Shown one piece after another: positions 1 through 14,973 of a stretch of 64,000 nt of DNA (the first letter of the stretch is position 1; the number at the start of each line of letters is the position of its first letter). The stretch spans positions 130,572,001 to 130,636,000 of the forward strand of contig OZ024745.1 in NCBI GenBank assembly GCA_964016885.1. The letters run 5' to 3'. The position numbers and the translations under genes are program-made. This DNA comes from Eledone cirrhosa. Taxonomy: Eukaryota. Under the pieces are notes generated by a model. It was given only the letters and a program-made list of their open reading frames with translations, did no database searches and was not told where the DNA came from.

Positions 1-481
1 TATATATAATCGGTGACAAAAAGGGATGTACAGTTAAACCGGTGTAATTATATTAAACAGAAATGCAAAAGAAATTTGTAGCTTTACTTTCTTTACATAA
101 TTGTTCGTTTATATGAAGAATTTATTAAAAATGAATTTGATCAAAGAGAATACCCATACATCATGTCACATTGTATATGGTAGTTATTAATTTAGCCCAT
201 TCCGTACTTCTAGATTTCAGGGCTTTTATTCTCCTAGAGTAATTAAATTTATGGTTCTTTATGAATAAGCTTTTGTTACCAAATACAAGCAGACATACAT
301 TCATATACAGCTTCATACTCACATATATATATATATATATATACACGTGCTCAGCTTCCTTCACATACATACAGAGAGTTTGAATGTAGTGTATAGATTT
401 ACGTATTTAAGTACACACACATATATACATACATGCATACATATATATATATATGTATATATACACACACACACACACATA

Positions 482-549
<68 letters not shown>

Positions 550-704
550 TTTATATATATATTTCTTATATTTATATATAAAATATATATATATAAAATC
601 GGAGGCCATATTCAGTTTATTTAAAACTCCTTCATACATATTTCACTGAGTACTAGCTGCGAAACCTAAATTAAGCATTGAAAGTATGTATGTATGTATG
701 TATG

Positions 705-785
<81 letters not shown>

Positions 786-840
786 ATGTGTGTGTGTGTG
801 TGTGTGTATGTTTGTGTGTGTGTGTGTGTGTATTATATAT

Positions 841-1035
841 ATCCAAAGACATTTTTTCCAATTCCAACCCGCCCGTCCCGTCAATCTATCTTATTTCTCA
901 TTCTTTAGTCTGATGAAAGATGAAAGACTAGCGTCCGAAACGTCAAGCCCTCTTCCTACTATTTCAAGCGTTAACTTAATATATTCATTTCATATACTGT
1001 ACCGATTGTTTTATTATTTCTGTTTACCTTTTACA
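841..1035 (+). mobile_element. Short PLE-type (pLTR-like) repeat with hammerhead motif, family C
   Basis: Inverted copy at 44541-44727. Contains CTGATGA (910-916) ... GACTAGCGTCC-GAAACGTC. Bounded by TA/TG tracts. Its 3' end recurs inverted at about 1161-1193 across a (TA)n tract. Confidence 0.7.
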
Positions 1036-1040
1036 TATAC

Positions 1041-1155
<115 letters not shown>

Positions 1156-1555
1156 GTATATGTAAAAGGTAAACAGAAATAATAAAACAATCGTATATAT
1201 TTGTATATATATATATATATATATATACAAATATGATAATGAGCATAATTAGCCTATTTAATCATCATCGTGCTAAGAAGATATTATATGGTGTGAAAAA
1301 TACAGAGTGACAGCAGGCATAATACGAAACTGATTGAAGGGGACTTTCAACTATTTCACGGTTCATTACAGTTAATAACACAATCGTGATATTGGACGAG
1401 TTATACATACTAGGCATAACAAATCACGCAGTTGTGGATAATTTTGATAATTCTAAATGTAATTTAACACCTGTTTATTAAAGAAAAATGTAAAACTTAC
1501 ATTTTAGAATATATACATAAGCGTGCGTCTGAAAGAGATATAGAAGAAGAATTGA

Positions 1556-1697
1556 TCCCAGCACTAGGCCAGTAAATTTTTTTATTAACCTCGAAAGGAT
1601 GAAAGGCAAAGTTGACCTCACTAGGATTTGAACTCAAAGAGCAGATATCTAGAACGAACACTGTACAATATTGTATCCGACGTTCTAACGGCTCTAA
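1556..1697 (-). mobile_element. Degenerate copy of the major tRNA-derived SINE
   Basis: GAAAGGATGAAAGGCAAAGTTGACCTC...GGATTTGAACTC matches the SINE core in reverse complement. Confidence 0.7.
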
Positions 1698-2569
1698 CGA
1701 CATGTCTACGCCTCACTTCCAGTTGCTCTTAAATTTGAACGTGAATAACCGTTACTAAATATCGTAGCCCTAACAAATCAATATATAATATTGTTCTTGG
1801 GTCGTACACGGTATTATACTATAGAAACTTATAAAATTTGTAAACCATTATAATATAAAGGTTTATGTTCTTTGTATTCTGTACATTTGTATTATCAAAG
1901 GAAAAGAAAAGAAATATTTTAGTTTTATACAGAATATGACAAACTATTTGATTAATTCAATAGTAATTTTATTAATGGAGAAGCGAAACTGTTTCGCTTA
2001 GTTGATACACAGATAAATTCATAATTTTACTTCTTGCTCCACATTTTTAATATTGAACCTCACTAACTAGTAGAGATCGTCAGCTTGAATCTAAATCACA
2101 TTATAATAGACCATGTCTTCCAGCACTATTTCTGTCGTGATGTCTCTCTATAAAGCTGCACGATAGACTACAAAGACACAATCAAAGACGACCACGTTTC
2201 ACTTTGAAAACAAGAAACAACAGTTACTATCATCAATATAATTCTACCATCAACACCACCAGCACTAACAACAACAGCAACAACAACAACAATAACGAAA
2301 AGTTCCTAATAACAACACCACCAACACCACTAACAACACTACCATTACTACAAACCATTAACAGCAGCAATAACATTGGGAACTTCAACATCAACATTAA
2401 GAACAAAAGGGATAACAATGAGGAAAGTATATGGAAACAGATCAGCAAAACCAAAAATGAAAAGCAGAAGAATTACTGTAAGATACCATTGCAATAACAG
2501 CAGTATCAACAAGAACGAAAACAAATAAAGTGAAAGACTAAAGCAATCGTATAGAACCCAATCACCAAT

Positions 2570-3018
2570 ATAATCATCGTTGTTTTCGTCGTATTCGTCA
2601 TTGTCAACATAATTATCATCGTCACCGCCATTGTCAGTGTCACTTTCCTCATCATCCCGCCATTAAAACAACACCAACACCAACATCACTACCTCCACCA
2701 CAGTCATCATCAGCATCATTGTCATTATCATCATCATCATCATCATCTTTCTCACCATCATCCCCATCATCATCATCATGCTTATCATCATCATCATCAT
2801 CATCACCACATCCTCATCAGCAGCATCATCATCATCATCGTCATCATCATCAACATCAACATCACCATCACCATCCTCATCCTCATCATCATCATCATCA
2901 TCATCATAATGACCATCATCATCATTGTTCTTATCGTCATCAGCCTCATCATTATCCTCCTCATCATCATCCTCCTCATCATCACCATCATCATCCTCAC
3001 CATCATCATCATCATCAT
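2570..3018. repeat. Imperfect (CAT)n microsatellite
   Basis: Direct inspection. Confidence 0.95.
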
Positions 3019-3022
3019 GGAA

Positions 3023-3326
3023 CAGATGTGGCAGTGTGCCAACAAAGCCATTCATACTTCGCCTAATTGGAACGTCAATTCAAACAAAAGAAGCTTTTCT
3101 GTATAGACCAAAATCACCCTACTTTCCAATGGCACCCTATGAGGGCGCCCGTCTCTTCTCCAAACTAGCCAGCCTACAGGCGCATGGTCAGAGTAGACCC
3201 ATTCACACGGGCCTATCTTGCCACATCCACCTCACCAATGAAACCCGTCCTAATCACAAAAAATTGAAGAGCAGGCTTCCAATTTGACGAAGTGTGAATG
3301 GTTTTGTTGGCACCCAGCTACATCCG
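3023..3326. mobile_element. MITE-like element with about 50-bp imperfect terminal inverted repeats
   Basis: CAGATGTGGCAGTGTGCCAACAAAGCCATTCATACTTCGCCTAATTGGAA pairs with TTCCAATTTGACGAAGTGTGAATGGTTTTGTTGGCACCCAGCTACATCCG. CATCATG occurs on both flanks. Confidence 0.7.
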
Positions 3327-3746
3327 TCACATCATGAGAGATCCAAGCCTTTTAAATGTGCTGATGTCAAAAATCTAGCTCTTTCTCGATTAATTTACTT
3401 CGTGTTATGAGGAGCATCTGGTTTCCGTTGGCTCTTCTTACTGGCAGGAAGTTTTCTATCCTGGGTGTTGTTTGCAGTCGATTTTGTGTATGTATGTTTT
3501 CTTTTGGTTGGGTTTAGTCATGGTTGTGGTGTCATTGATGGTTGTGTTGCCAGTTAGGGTTGTTGTGGAGGTGGTGTTGTTTCGGATGTATGTGTTTTTG
3601 GTTTGGGTGTGTGTTTTGTATTTTCTAGAGTAGGTGTTGGTGTCTGCCAGGGAGTGCTTGCTAACTTTTGGCGAGTACCTTTTTGGTGGGGGGGGGTCCT
3701 ATCTCCTTCACTGGGAGAAGTGGTGCATGAGTCTGGTAATAGTCGA

Positions 3747-3823
3747 AAGAAGAAGAAGAAGAAGAAGAAGAAGAAGAAGAAGAAGAAGAAGAAGAAGAAG
3801 AAGAAGAAGAAGAAGAAGAAGAA
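3747..3823. repeat. (AAG)n microsatellite
   Basis: Direct inspection. Similar tracts at 12064-12159 and 19029-19110. Confidence 0.95.
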
Positions 3824-4404
3824 TGAGCTTTGCATAGGTGTATGACGGCGTATAAGTTTCTTTAATTTTGTAATGTTTCCCTTAAGGAAAACCTACTACA
3901 TACTTCGTATTATGTGTACACACAACATGAACAGATACTTGGCTGCGGAGAAAAGCATGTGAGCAAACGGTGAATAGCATTTTCATTATTACCGGTACAA
4001 CTAACAGTCTTGATTAATTGGCTATTCACATTCATTCAATAAATGTTTGATTCAGAAATGTAGTGATATTTATCACAAAGCTACCTTAACCATACAGAGA
4101 ATCGTTACAAACTCAAGTTGATATTTGATGTTCTACTGCAGTGGAGCTGTGTAAATGCCCTGGTCATCAGTCAGATAATACTTTGAGGGGATCTCCTTTA
4201 CATCTCTCGGGAAGTTGTGTGTTTCATGTATGCAGACTTCATGCATGGATGAAGGCTAAGGTTTAAGTCTCTTCCTGGTGTTTTTTTTATTTCGGTCTCA
4301 ATGATATCACCAAGGATATGTTTTCTTCTAGTCACATTGGTTTAACTCCTTTTTCTCACCCCAGATATTTCTTTAGAATGAATCCGTTACTTTATGAGAA
4401 CGAC

Positions 4405-4772
4405 TATCTGCGATTTTTATCAAGTGCCCACGTCGAGGACGCTACTTTTTTCCTAAAATAAGTCTAAAAAATCTACCATGCGTCCTGGAGGCCGAAGGTT
4501 GTTTATTATTTTTTTCAAATTGAGCGGTGGATTGGGAGTATCAGTAGAGGGTCGGACGCCATGCTTTGCAGCATAGAGTTACGGCCCTTATGATATGAAT
4601 TCAAATCCCGCCGAGGCTAACTTTGCCTTTCATCCTTACGGGGTCGATGAAATAAATTACCAGTAATACACGTACCAAACGTAGAAACAATTTTTTTTTT
4701 TTCAAATTTTTGGTTCTCAAAATTAGGGTGCGTCCTCGGGACGAAGCGTCTGCGGCGCCGGAAAATACGGTA
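4405..4772. mobile_element. Degenerate pogo/Tigger-like MITE interrupted by a SINE
   Basis: Right end GCGTC...CGCCGGAAAATACGG-TA resembles the CCGTATTTTCCGGCG terminus with a TA target. GCGTCCT subterminal motifs lie on both sides of the SINE. Left end is decayed. Confidence 0.5.
4523..4670 (+). mobile_element. tRNA-derived SINE (major family)
   Basis: A-box-like TGGGAGTATCAG, B-box-like AATTCAAATCCC, core GCCTTTCATCCTTACGGGGTCGAT. Confidence 0.9.
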
Positions 4773-5773
4773 ATTAGTTTGATCTAAGCCCTTTTCAAGA
4801 CGCATATTTTCACTGACAATATTTAACTCCTATTTGAACATTTGTTTAAATATTTTACGTATCGTTACATATCTGATCCTGGGTCGATGATATGTTTTTC
4901 TGTTTTGTTTTCGTTTACCAAATCAATGAAATCAGTTGAAGTATTGCTTTATCTTTGTTCAATTCTTTAGTATCTGCTATAGAAGTTTATTTGCTAAAAC
5001 AAAGTTTAATAAATCTTTAGTATCTAATCAATACTAGTTGAATACGGTCTTCGCTCTATGGAGACATTTAAAAATGAAATATCATAAAATATTGAATTAT
5101 GTATATATTTTAATTGTTTATATATATTTAGTTTATAATCACGCTCACAAGAACAGAGCCAACCTCACCTCCATGTTGTGGTCCTTTGGAAAGCATTTCT
5201 TGTATACACTCGATCAGTTGGCATAAATTCACCAGAAACACGGTGCTATCTCTTCTCTCTGCGTCTATTCATCAGATCAGGGTAATTTCATGATACCTTT
5301 CTTCAGATACCATAAATCATGTCTCCTACTATGATCACATTCATTGTGTTAGAAATATTCGTCCGGCATTAACTACTATACCAGATATTTTCTACCCGCA
5401 AATATAGTTGTCTGAAACTTCCTTCCTGCTTACAGCTGTGTTACATCCACAGAAAACGGTTTAATCGGAATTACAACAGAACCACCAACTCTACGTATAT
5501 TATGAGTCATGAAAGAAGAATTATTAATCAATGGCTAAAGCTATACAATAAAATAACTGAACGTTCATCTCGACATTCTATAGTCATTGATACAACCCTA
5601 TTTTCACCACTTTCAATATGTTCCGCAATTATTGACTTCTTTGTTTTTCCTCGTTATATCTGATCAGTAGCTGCTGCTTACTTTATCACCTACATCACAC
5701 TGAAACTAACTCTGTAAATATTAGTACACGAATGCAATCACTCCTCTTTCTCTCTCTCTATCTCCCTCTCTCT

Positions 5774-7630
<1,857 letters not shown>

Positions 7631-8840
7631 AAGGTCTGATGACATGGTGTGTTGGCTTACAGTGTACTTTCGGTTTTTGATAATATTTGTGTATTATTCA
7701 AATAGCGAGGTATAGGTAACTCATACACTATAGAAACAATTGTTACCTAATAAATTCTATATACCCGCATTTCCATTTCGTAAATTTTTTCTCTCTATAT
7801 ATATATATATATAGATATATATATAGATATATATATAGATATATATAGATATATATATATATATATAGATATAGATATAGATAGAGAGAGAGATATTTAT
7901 CTATCTCTTCTTTCTCGCTCTCTCTCTATCTATCTCTCTCTCTCTATCTCTCTATCTATCTCTTTCTCTTCTCTCTATCTCCCTATCTGTCTATCTCTAT
8001 CTCTCTATATATCTATCTCTTTCTCCTCTCTCTCTTCTCTCTCTCTCTCCCTATCTCTCTATCTATCTATCTATCTATCTATCTCTATCTCTGTCTCTCA
8101 CACACACACATACACACACTCTCTCTCTCTCTCTCGCCCTATTCGTTTATTTCATTTGTCATATCTTGCTATATCAAGATATCATATACCATCCCCAATC
8201 GAGTTAATCTATTCGTTGGCTTGTGTGAACACACCTTTGTGAACTAACACCTGCGTTTTGTCTCTGCACACAAGGAGCTTGTTTCACACTCGAAGCACTT
8301 GAGCTAATTACCTATATTATTTAGGAGGTCAGAATATTGAAGATCAAGTCACCAACATTAGATTGTGGCAGATGTCAAGACACAAAACTCTCAACGAATG
8401 AATTAGCACTGAGTAACTAGTTGATTGTAAGCAACGACAGCCATTATATTGCTCAATTCAATTCAAGCTGCATTTCACAAAAAGAGAGATTTGCTAACCA
8501 TGACCAAACCGGAAAAATGGGCAAGCATCAGTACCATTTACATTGCTGTTTATATGGGATAAAACAGGAGAGTCACCTTTGAATAATACATTTAATCTTG
8601 GGTGACTGATCTGTACGGGTAGATAACGAGTAACCTATTGTTAAATTCATTACAATAACCGTAGTATAAGTCCTCCATGCTAATATGGATGGTAACATGA
8701 TGGTAACCATATTAAAACAGTTATACCAATGAATATATTGGTAAATTTAAACACCAGAAGTCTGTTTGAAGAGAGTCTAATTTGTTTCTTTTCTTATAGG
8801 AACAGATTTAACACATGAAAGAGGTAGCAGAACTAATTAA

Positions 8841-9252
8841 CCCTTTAGCTTTTAAACCGGTCATATCCGGCCAGAATTCCTTCACCGCTTTCTGTTCAAA
8901 CTGGCTTTAAACGGCCATTCATACTGATGTGAAGGTAATGTTTCTAAAATAAATAATTGTTTTATACTTTTGGCACAAGGCCAGCAATTATCCCAGTGCA
9001 TTACAGGTGCTTTATTTTATCGACCCCGTAAGGATGAAAGGCAAAGTTAACCTCGCTGGGATTTGAACTCAGACTGTAAAGGGATGTAACTCTATGCAGC
9101 AAAGCATGGTGTCCGATGCTCTACTGATACTGCCAATCCACAAATAATATCAAAATCTCGTAGATTCGCTATTATGTGAGATAATTATTTGAGATAAAGC
9201 CGCTATCGTGAAAATACAATAGTAAATATAGAGTAATGTAAATGCTGAAGGG
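8841..9252. mobile_element. piggyBac-like MITE with nested SINE
   Basis: TTAA|CCCTTTAGCTTTTAAA ... GTAAATGCTGAAGGG|TTAG: CCC/GGG termini and a TTAA-like target site. Confidence 0.65.
8956..9140 (-). mobile_element. tRNA-derived SINE (major family)
   Basis: Full-length match to the other copies. AAATAAT on both flanks (possible TSD). Confidence 0.9.
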
Positions 9253-9823
9253 TTAGAGATAGTTTGATGGATGTCACCCCTTCATAGGAATGGAAAACTT
9301 TAAACCCATCGCATGTAGATATCAAACCTCTTGTTAATGTAACATAGGTCTTAGTCTTCCCGATTTAGTCAAGATTAATTTATCTTCTATTATATATATT
9401 TTATCAACTGGCTGTCAAGTGTAATTTTTGTTAGTGATGTGTAAACATACATAACTCCACGAATGTAAAAGAATACAAATAATTGACATTTTGTCAATGT
9501 GTCTATGATACTATATGCAATGCTGTTTGTTTCATCTCCCTACAAGGAATTCTGTCACCAATGCTTTATATTCCGGACGACTATATTCTGGATTTCCACC
9601 AATGCCTGCGTTTTCTTTGTTGACATTGATCAGCAAACGTTTAAATTAAACCCCATGAGCACTGTCTCATTTATTTAAACTAAATTCCAATTATGAACAT
9701 TTACAAAACCAACCAACAAGAAACAAAGCGATAGAACCCCAGGAAGATGTATGGATAACATCCATGAGCTCGGCTAATCTAGCTTAGAGATCTAGCTGGA
9801 TCAGTGGAGACTGTTTCTGACAG

Positions 9824-9884
<61 letters not shown>
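9824..9884. repeat. (AAC)n microsatellite
   Basis: Direct inspection. Confidence 0.95.
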
Positions 9885-10225
9885 CAGAAAATTTGCAATA
9901 TTCGTTGATGCTACTTAACGACAAATCTCAGCCTACTTCACACAGAATACCACAGAATACCACAGAATACCACAGGACATAGCTATGACTTTAATTATCA
10001 AGAAGATTAACAACCACTATATAACTCTATTATTGACCTAGTACTGACTCTCGTTCATTCTCCTCTCCCCCTCTCTCTCTCTCCCTCCCTCTCTTTGTCG
10101 TCCTTGACCTTCAAGTCATATTGACATATTAGGTAACTTTATCCACGCCTTCTTATTCATCGTCAACCGTGTCTCATCACTCTTGTCGTCAATATTCTAT
10201 TTGTGTTTATCACCCTTATGGATCA

Positions 10226-10922
10226 TGTGATGGTGGTGGTGGTGTCAGTGGTGGCAGTGGTGGTGATGGTGGTGGTAGTGGTGGTGGTGGTGGTGATGGT
10301 GGTGGTAGTGGTGGTGGTGGTAGTGCCGGTTGTGGTGGTGGTGGTGGTGGTAGTGGTGGTGATGGTGGTGGTGGTATTGCTGGTTGTGATGGTGGTGGTG
10401 GTAGTGGTGGTGATGGTGGTGTTGGTATTGCTGGTTGTGATGGTGGTGGTGGTAGTGGTGGTGATGATGGTGGTGGTAGTGCTGGTTGTGATGGTGGTGG
10501 TGGTAGTGGTGGTGATGATGGTGGTGGTAGTGCTGGTTGTGATGGTGGTGGTGGTAGTGGTGGTGATGGTGGTGGTGGTAGTGCTGGTTGTGATGGTGGT
10601 GGTGGTAGTGGTGGTGATGATGGTGGTGGTAGTGCTGGTTGTGATGGTGGTGGTGGTAGTGGTGGTGATGGTGGTGGTGGTAGTGCTGGTTGTGATGGTG
10701 GTGGTGGTAGTGGTGGTAGTGGTGGTTGTGGTAGTGCTGGTTGTGTTGGTGATGGTAGTGGTGGTGGTGATGGTGGTGGTGGTGGTATTGCTGGTTGTGT
10801 TGGTGGTGGTGGTAGTGTTGGTAGTGGTGGTAGTGGTGGTGATGGTGTTAGTGCTGGTAGTGTTGGTGGTGGTGATAGTGGTATTGCTGGTTGTGATGGT
10901 GGTGGTGGTAGTGGTGGTGATA
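10226..10922. repeat. (GGT)n-derived minisatellite with a 51-bp higher-order unit
   Basis: GCTGGTTGTGAT recurs every 51 bp (10481, 10532, 10583 ...). Confidence 0.9.
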
Positions 10923-11008
10923 ATGCAGGTCTTAATGATGACCGTGAAAGTATTTGTGAGTATGACTAATGAGGTTTTCACAATGGTATCAAGCATTATA
11001 TTATATAA

Positions 11009-11194
11009 AGGCGGTGGATTGGCAGTATCGGTAGAGGGTTGGACGCCATGCTTTGTAGCATAGAGTCACGGCCCTTTATGGTCTCAGTTCATATCCCACC
11101 GGGGTTAGCTTTGCCTTTCATCCTTACGGGGTCTATAAAATAAAGTACCAGTAATACACTGGGTATTTGCTGGCCTTGTGCCAAATGTAGAAAC
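11009..11194 (+). mobile_element. tRNA-derived SINE (major family)
   Basis: GGCGGTGGATTGGCAGTATCGGTAGAG ... GGCCTTGTGCCAAATGTAGAAAC. Confidence 0.9.
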
Positions 11195-11250
11195 ATATAA
11201 ATTAAGAGAAATTGAGGGACTTTCGAAAATGTATCAGTATTTGAAACCTG

Positions 11251-11570
11251 ATGATTAATCATGATGATGATGATGGTGGTGGTGGTGGTGATGATGATGA
11301 TGATGATGGTGATGATGGTGATGATGATGATGATGGTGATGCTGATGATGGTGATGATGGTGATGATGGTGATGATGGTGATGATGATTGCTGTGGTGAT
11401 GATGATGAGGAGGAGAATGAGGAGGACGAGGAGGGGGAGAATGATGATATAGATTTCAGCGGTGGCGGTGATGATGATGATGACGATGATGATGATGATG
11501 AGGAGGTGTAGGAGGGCGAGGAGGGGCAGAATGATGCCTATGATGCTGATGATGCTGATGATGCTAATGA
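11251..11570. repeat. (GAT/GGT)n microsatellite
   Basis: Direct inspection. Confidence 0.9.
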
Positions 11571-11895
11571 CTAAGGTGACAAATGTTAGTGTGCTTGAAA
11601 AGGAAGTAGATCTTTTGTTGTTGTGTAAAAGACAATAATGGCGGTAGTAAAGATGTCAACAGTAGAGATAATAATGAAGAAAACCTTGATGAGGAATCTG
11701 GTCTAGATGAAGATGGCGGCAATAATCATCATAAGGATGATGTAGCAGAGATACCAATTAAAATGTCACACATTCCAAAAATAATTATTACATTTTCCTC
11801 TTTTGATGACGTCATATTTATTATATATTTCATGGGAATATGTTTTGTTTATTTGTTTTGTTTTGTATTGTATTGTATTTATTTGGCAGCGTTCG

Positions 11896-12159
11896 TTACT
11901 ACTACTACTGCTACTACTAATGCTGCTACTACTACTACTACTGATGCTGCTACTACTACTACTACTACTATTACTGCTAGTACTACTACTGCTACTACTA
12001 GTACTACTACTACTACTACTGCTACTACTACGATGACGACGACGACTAGTACTACTATTTCTACGAAGAAGAAAAAGAAGAAAAAGAAGAAAAAGAAGAA
12101 AAAGAAAAAGAAGAAGAAGAAGAAGAAGAAGAAGAAGAAGAAGAAGAAGAAGAAGAAGA
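11896..12159. repeat. (TAC)n followed by (AAG)n microsatellite
   Basis: Direct inspection. Confidence 0.95.
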
Positions 12160-12339
12160 GATATTCGATTCAAATTTGAACAAGAGCGAGGATTGACAGA
12201 GAGAGTAATTCTTTAGTTGATTAATGTCGGTCCTTGTGGCCAATGAAGGAAACAATGAAACCATTATCAGACGTTGGTGGAACCGGTGGATTAGTTATAG
12301 TAATAATGTTCTTACCAAAGAGATTGTGATTGGAACTGT

Positions 12340-12480
12340 GTTGTTGTGTAACAGAAGGGCAACCCTGATCAAGCAGACTCGTGATTAAATGCAGTCCAAC
12401 AGAAACTTTACCATCTTTTTATGTGTATAATCAGGATGGCTTAGATTATTCATTAAGTCCTTTTGTTTTAAGAAGGTTAT
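12340..12480 (+). repeat. Old dispersed repeat remnant
   Basis: CCCTGATCAAGCAGACTCGTGATTAAATGC motif, with related decayed copies at about 13480-13560, 49400-49585 (reverse) and 54080-54260. Confidence 0.4.
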
Positions 12481-12986
12481 GTATGAACTGAAAAAGATTT
12501 GATTGATGTATTTATCAGATAGATCGACTGCTCAGTGGCTCTATCATTGATATGGAACAGGAATGATAATGACAGAAATGATAATGACAGAATGCTAGTG
12601 ATTGATGGTACTGGAAGTGATAATGGAATTATTATCAATACAATGATATCGACAGCAAGTTCTGTTCTGTTACCAGTAGGTGGCCTCATTTCTGACGTCT
12701 ATTATCAATTGTCACAGTAATGGCGTAAACGAAAATAGTCGATGTAGTTTAGACAAAGTTGTTGGTTTTGTTAGCAGTGGAATATATGCGTGTCTGTGCT
12801 GGCAATCGATTGTATGTTTACCATTGTTCCTTATAATTTTTAACCATTGTTCGTTTTTTTTTGTTTTTTTTAATTCCATACAATGGTTTTTTTGAGACTC
12901 AGATCAGGTACCTTTATTAGAAATGTCCTTATTCTGAACAAAATAGGTGTTTCAGGAATGATGTGAACATTACGAACAAGATTAGA

Positions 12987-13176
12987 ATTGTTTCTACTTT
13001 TGGTACAAGGCCAGCAATTATCTCAGTGTATTACTGGTACTTTATTTTATCGACCCAGTAAGGATGAAAGGCAAAGTTAACCTCGGCGGGATTTGGAATC
13101 AGATCATAAAGGGCCGTAACATTTTGATGCAAAGCATGGCATCACACCCTCTACCGATACTGCCAATCCACCACCC
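12987..13176 (-). mobile_element. tRNA-derived SINE (major family), first of a tandem pair
   Basis: Full-length match. Confidence 0.9.
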
Positions 13177-13205
13177 TTTAAAAAAATTGTACGAGCAAGA
13201 TAATC

Positions 13206-13401
13206 ATTGTTTCTACTTTTTGGCACAAGGCCAGCAATTACCTAGTACATTACTGGTACTTTATTTTATCGACCCCGTAAGGATGAAAGGCAAAGTTAAC
13301 CTCGGCGGAATTTGAACTCAGTCCGTAAAGGGACGTAACTCTGCTGGAAAGCATGGCGTCAGACCCTCTACCGCCGATACTGCCAACCCAATCCACCACC
13401 C
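13206..13401 (-). mobile_element. tRNA-derived SINE (major family), second of a tandem pair
   Basis: Full-length match. ACGA(A/G/C)CAAGAT(T/A)A recurs before, between and after the two copies. Confidence 0.9.
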
Positions 13402-13567
13402 TTTATACATAATAGTACGACCAAGATAATAATGGCGTGTAAAATAGTTCACCATTACCGAAAACAGATTTATTTTCTGGTTATAGTTAAGCCTAAGTTT
13501 ATCCTTGATCAAGTAGTCCTATGATCGAAAACTCATCACTCATCATATTTTCAGATATTGGCTACAC

Positions 13568-13875
13568 CAGGGGTGTGCAACTGGCAGCCCACGGGCCACA
13601 ATCCGGTCCACTAGACCTGTCAGAGTCGCCCTTATGACCGTTTTTTAATTGTTACCTTGTATGCTTATTTAGAATTTTTTTCGTAACCGTAATATATTTT
13701 ATTAGTTGACCTATACTAAAGGGCTTCACTGATAAGGTTATGTGTGTTATAATTTCATGATATAGAAAGAAGTTGTGGTGAACCGTTAGAATAGTGCTCA
13801 ATAAATATTAATGGCCCTAATAGTTGTTCCAATGTTCAAAGGTGGCCCGTCAATGCAATATGTTGCACACCCCTG
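13568..13875. mobile_element. Non-autonomous hAT (Charlie-like) DNA transposon, 308 bp
   Basis: Perfect 14-bp TIRs CAGGGGTGTGCAAC / GTTGCACACCCCTG; 8-bp TSD GGCTACAC / GTCTACAC; subterminal GCCC motifs. Confidence 0.9.
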
Positions 13876-14221
13876 GTCTACACATAATGGTACCATAATT
13901 GTGTTCTACCAATTTTGAAACACTATAGTGCGATTTCAGACATATTTAATTTCTCTTTATTGCAATAATAGCAAATAGAAAGAAGCTACGCTGCTGGCTT
14001 ATATTTACGTCGATGTTCTTTTAATGTATTTGTTGTTCGCGTTGCTGCTGAAGTCCTTGTTTTTCATGTCGTTATCGTCAGCATAATTTAGGTTGTTGCT
14101 TTTTTAATGTAGTTGTTGTTCTTGTTGATGGTGTAGTGTTTTTTTTTGTTATTGTTGTTATAGTCTGCGTAAGATAGACTCCACCTTTCATGAAAATAAT
14201 CAACTATACTAACCATATCTT

Positions 14222-14282
<61 letters not shown>

Positions 14283-14306
14283 ATAGAGAGGGGAGAAAAA
14301 GACGAT

Positions 14307-14355
<49 letters not shown>

Positions 14356-14448
14356 CATACATATACGTATATATATATATATACATATATATATACATAC
14401 ATATATATATACATATATATACATACATACATACATACATATATATAT

Positions 14449-14860
14449 ATGGTGGCTGCCAACTCGTTTTCGAGTACGGCCACTACTTGATATCCATGTA
14501 GGAGAACCCCTACCGATGCGCTGAACGAGTGTGACTTTTTAGTCCAGCCAGCGACTTGAAAACTCTGGTACAAACACTACACTTGTGACAATTATTGACA
14601 CTTAGTGCTGGGCCCATGGTATCATGTGACGACAAGTGCAGGGAGATCTCCAGATATAAAGCAATGCCTGTGTCGTGAATCTTTTATAGTGAGCAAAGGC
14701 ACTGCACAAAGCCAGTCCCACTCTCTTAACCAAGATGATATTTACAAAAAAGAAGAACAAGTCAACATCATTGGATACCATCAGAGTTGCAGGTGTTATA
14801 TCAGAGTTTTCCTTCTCCTAGAATTCTGCCTTGACAAAGGCTAAGGGGTCATCTCTCCCA
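14449..14860 (-). mobile_element. RTE-derived non-coding repeat, truncated tandem copy
   Basis: Near-identical to 14974-15384. Minus strand has TCTAGGAGAAGGAAAACTCTGA, a motif I recognise from RTE-clade 5' regions. Confidence 0.7.
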
Positions 14861-14973
14861 TATACATACATATATACATACATACATATATGCATACATA
14901 TATACATACATACATATATGCATACATATATACATACATACATATATATATACATACACACATATATATATAC

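Noticed and set aside
10169-10969. 266-aa Gly-rich ORF (AGCDGGGGSGGD repeats) as a structural protein
   Set aside because: Explained by a (GGT)n-derived repeat. No signal peptide, and overlapping poly-V and poly-T ORFs are equally long.
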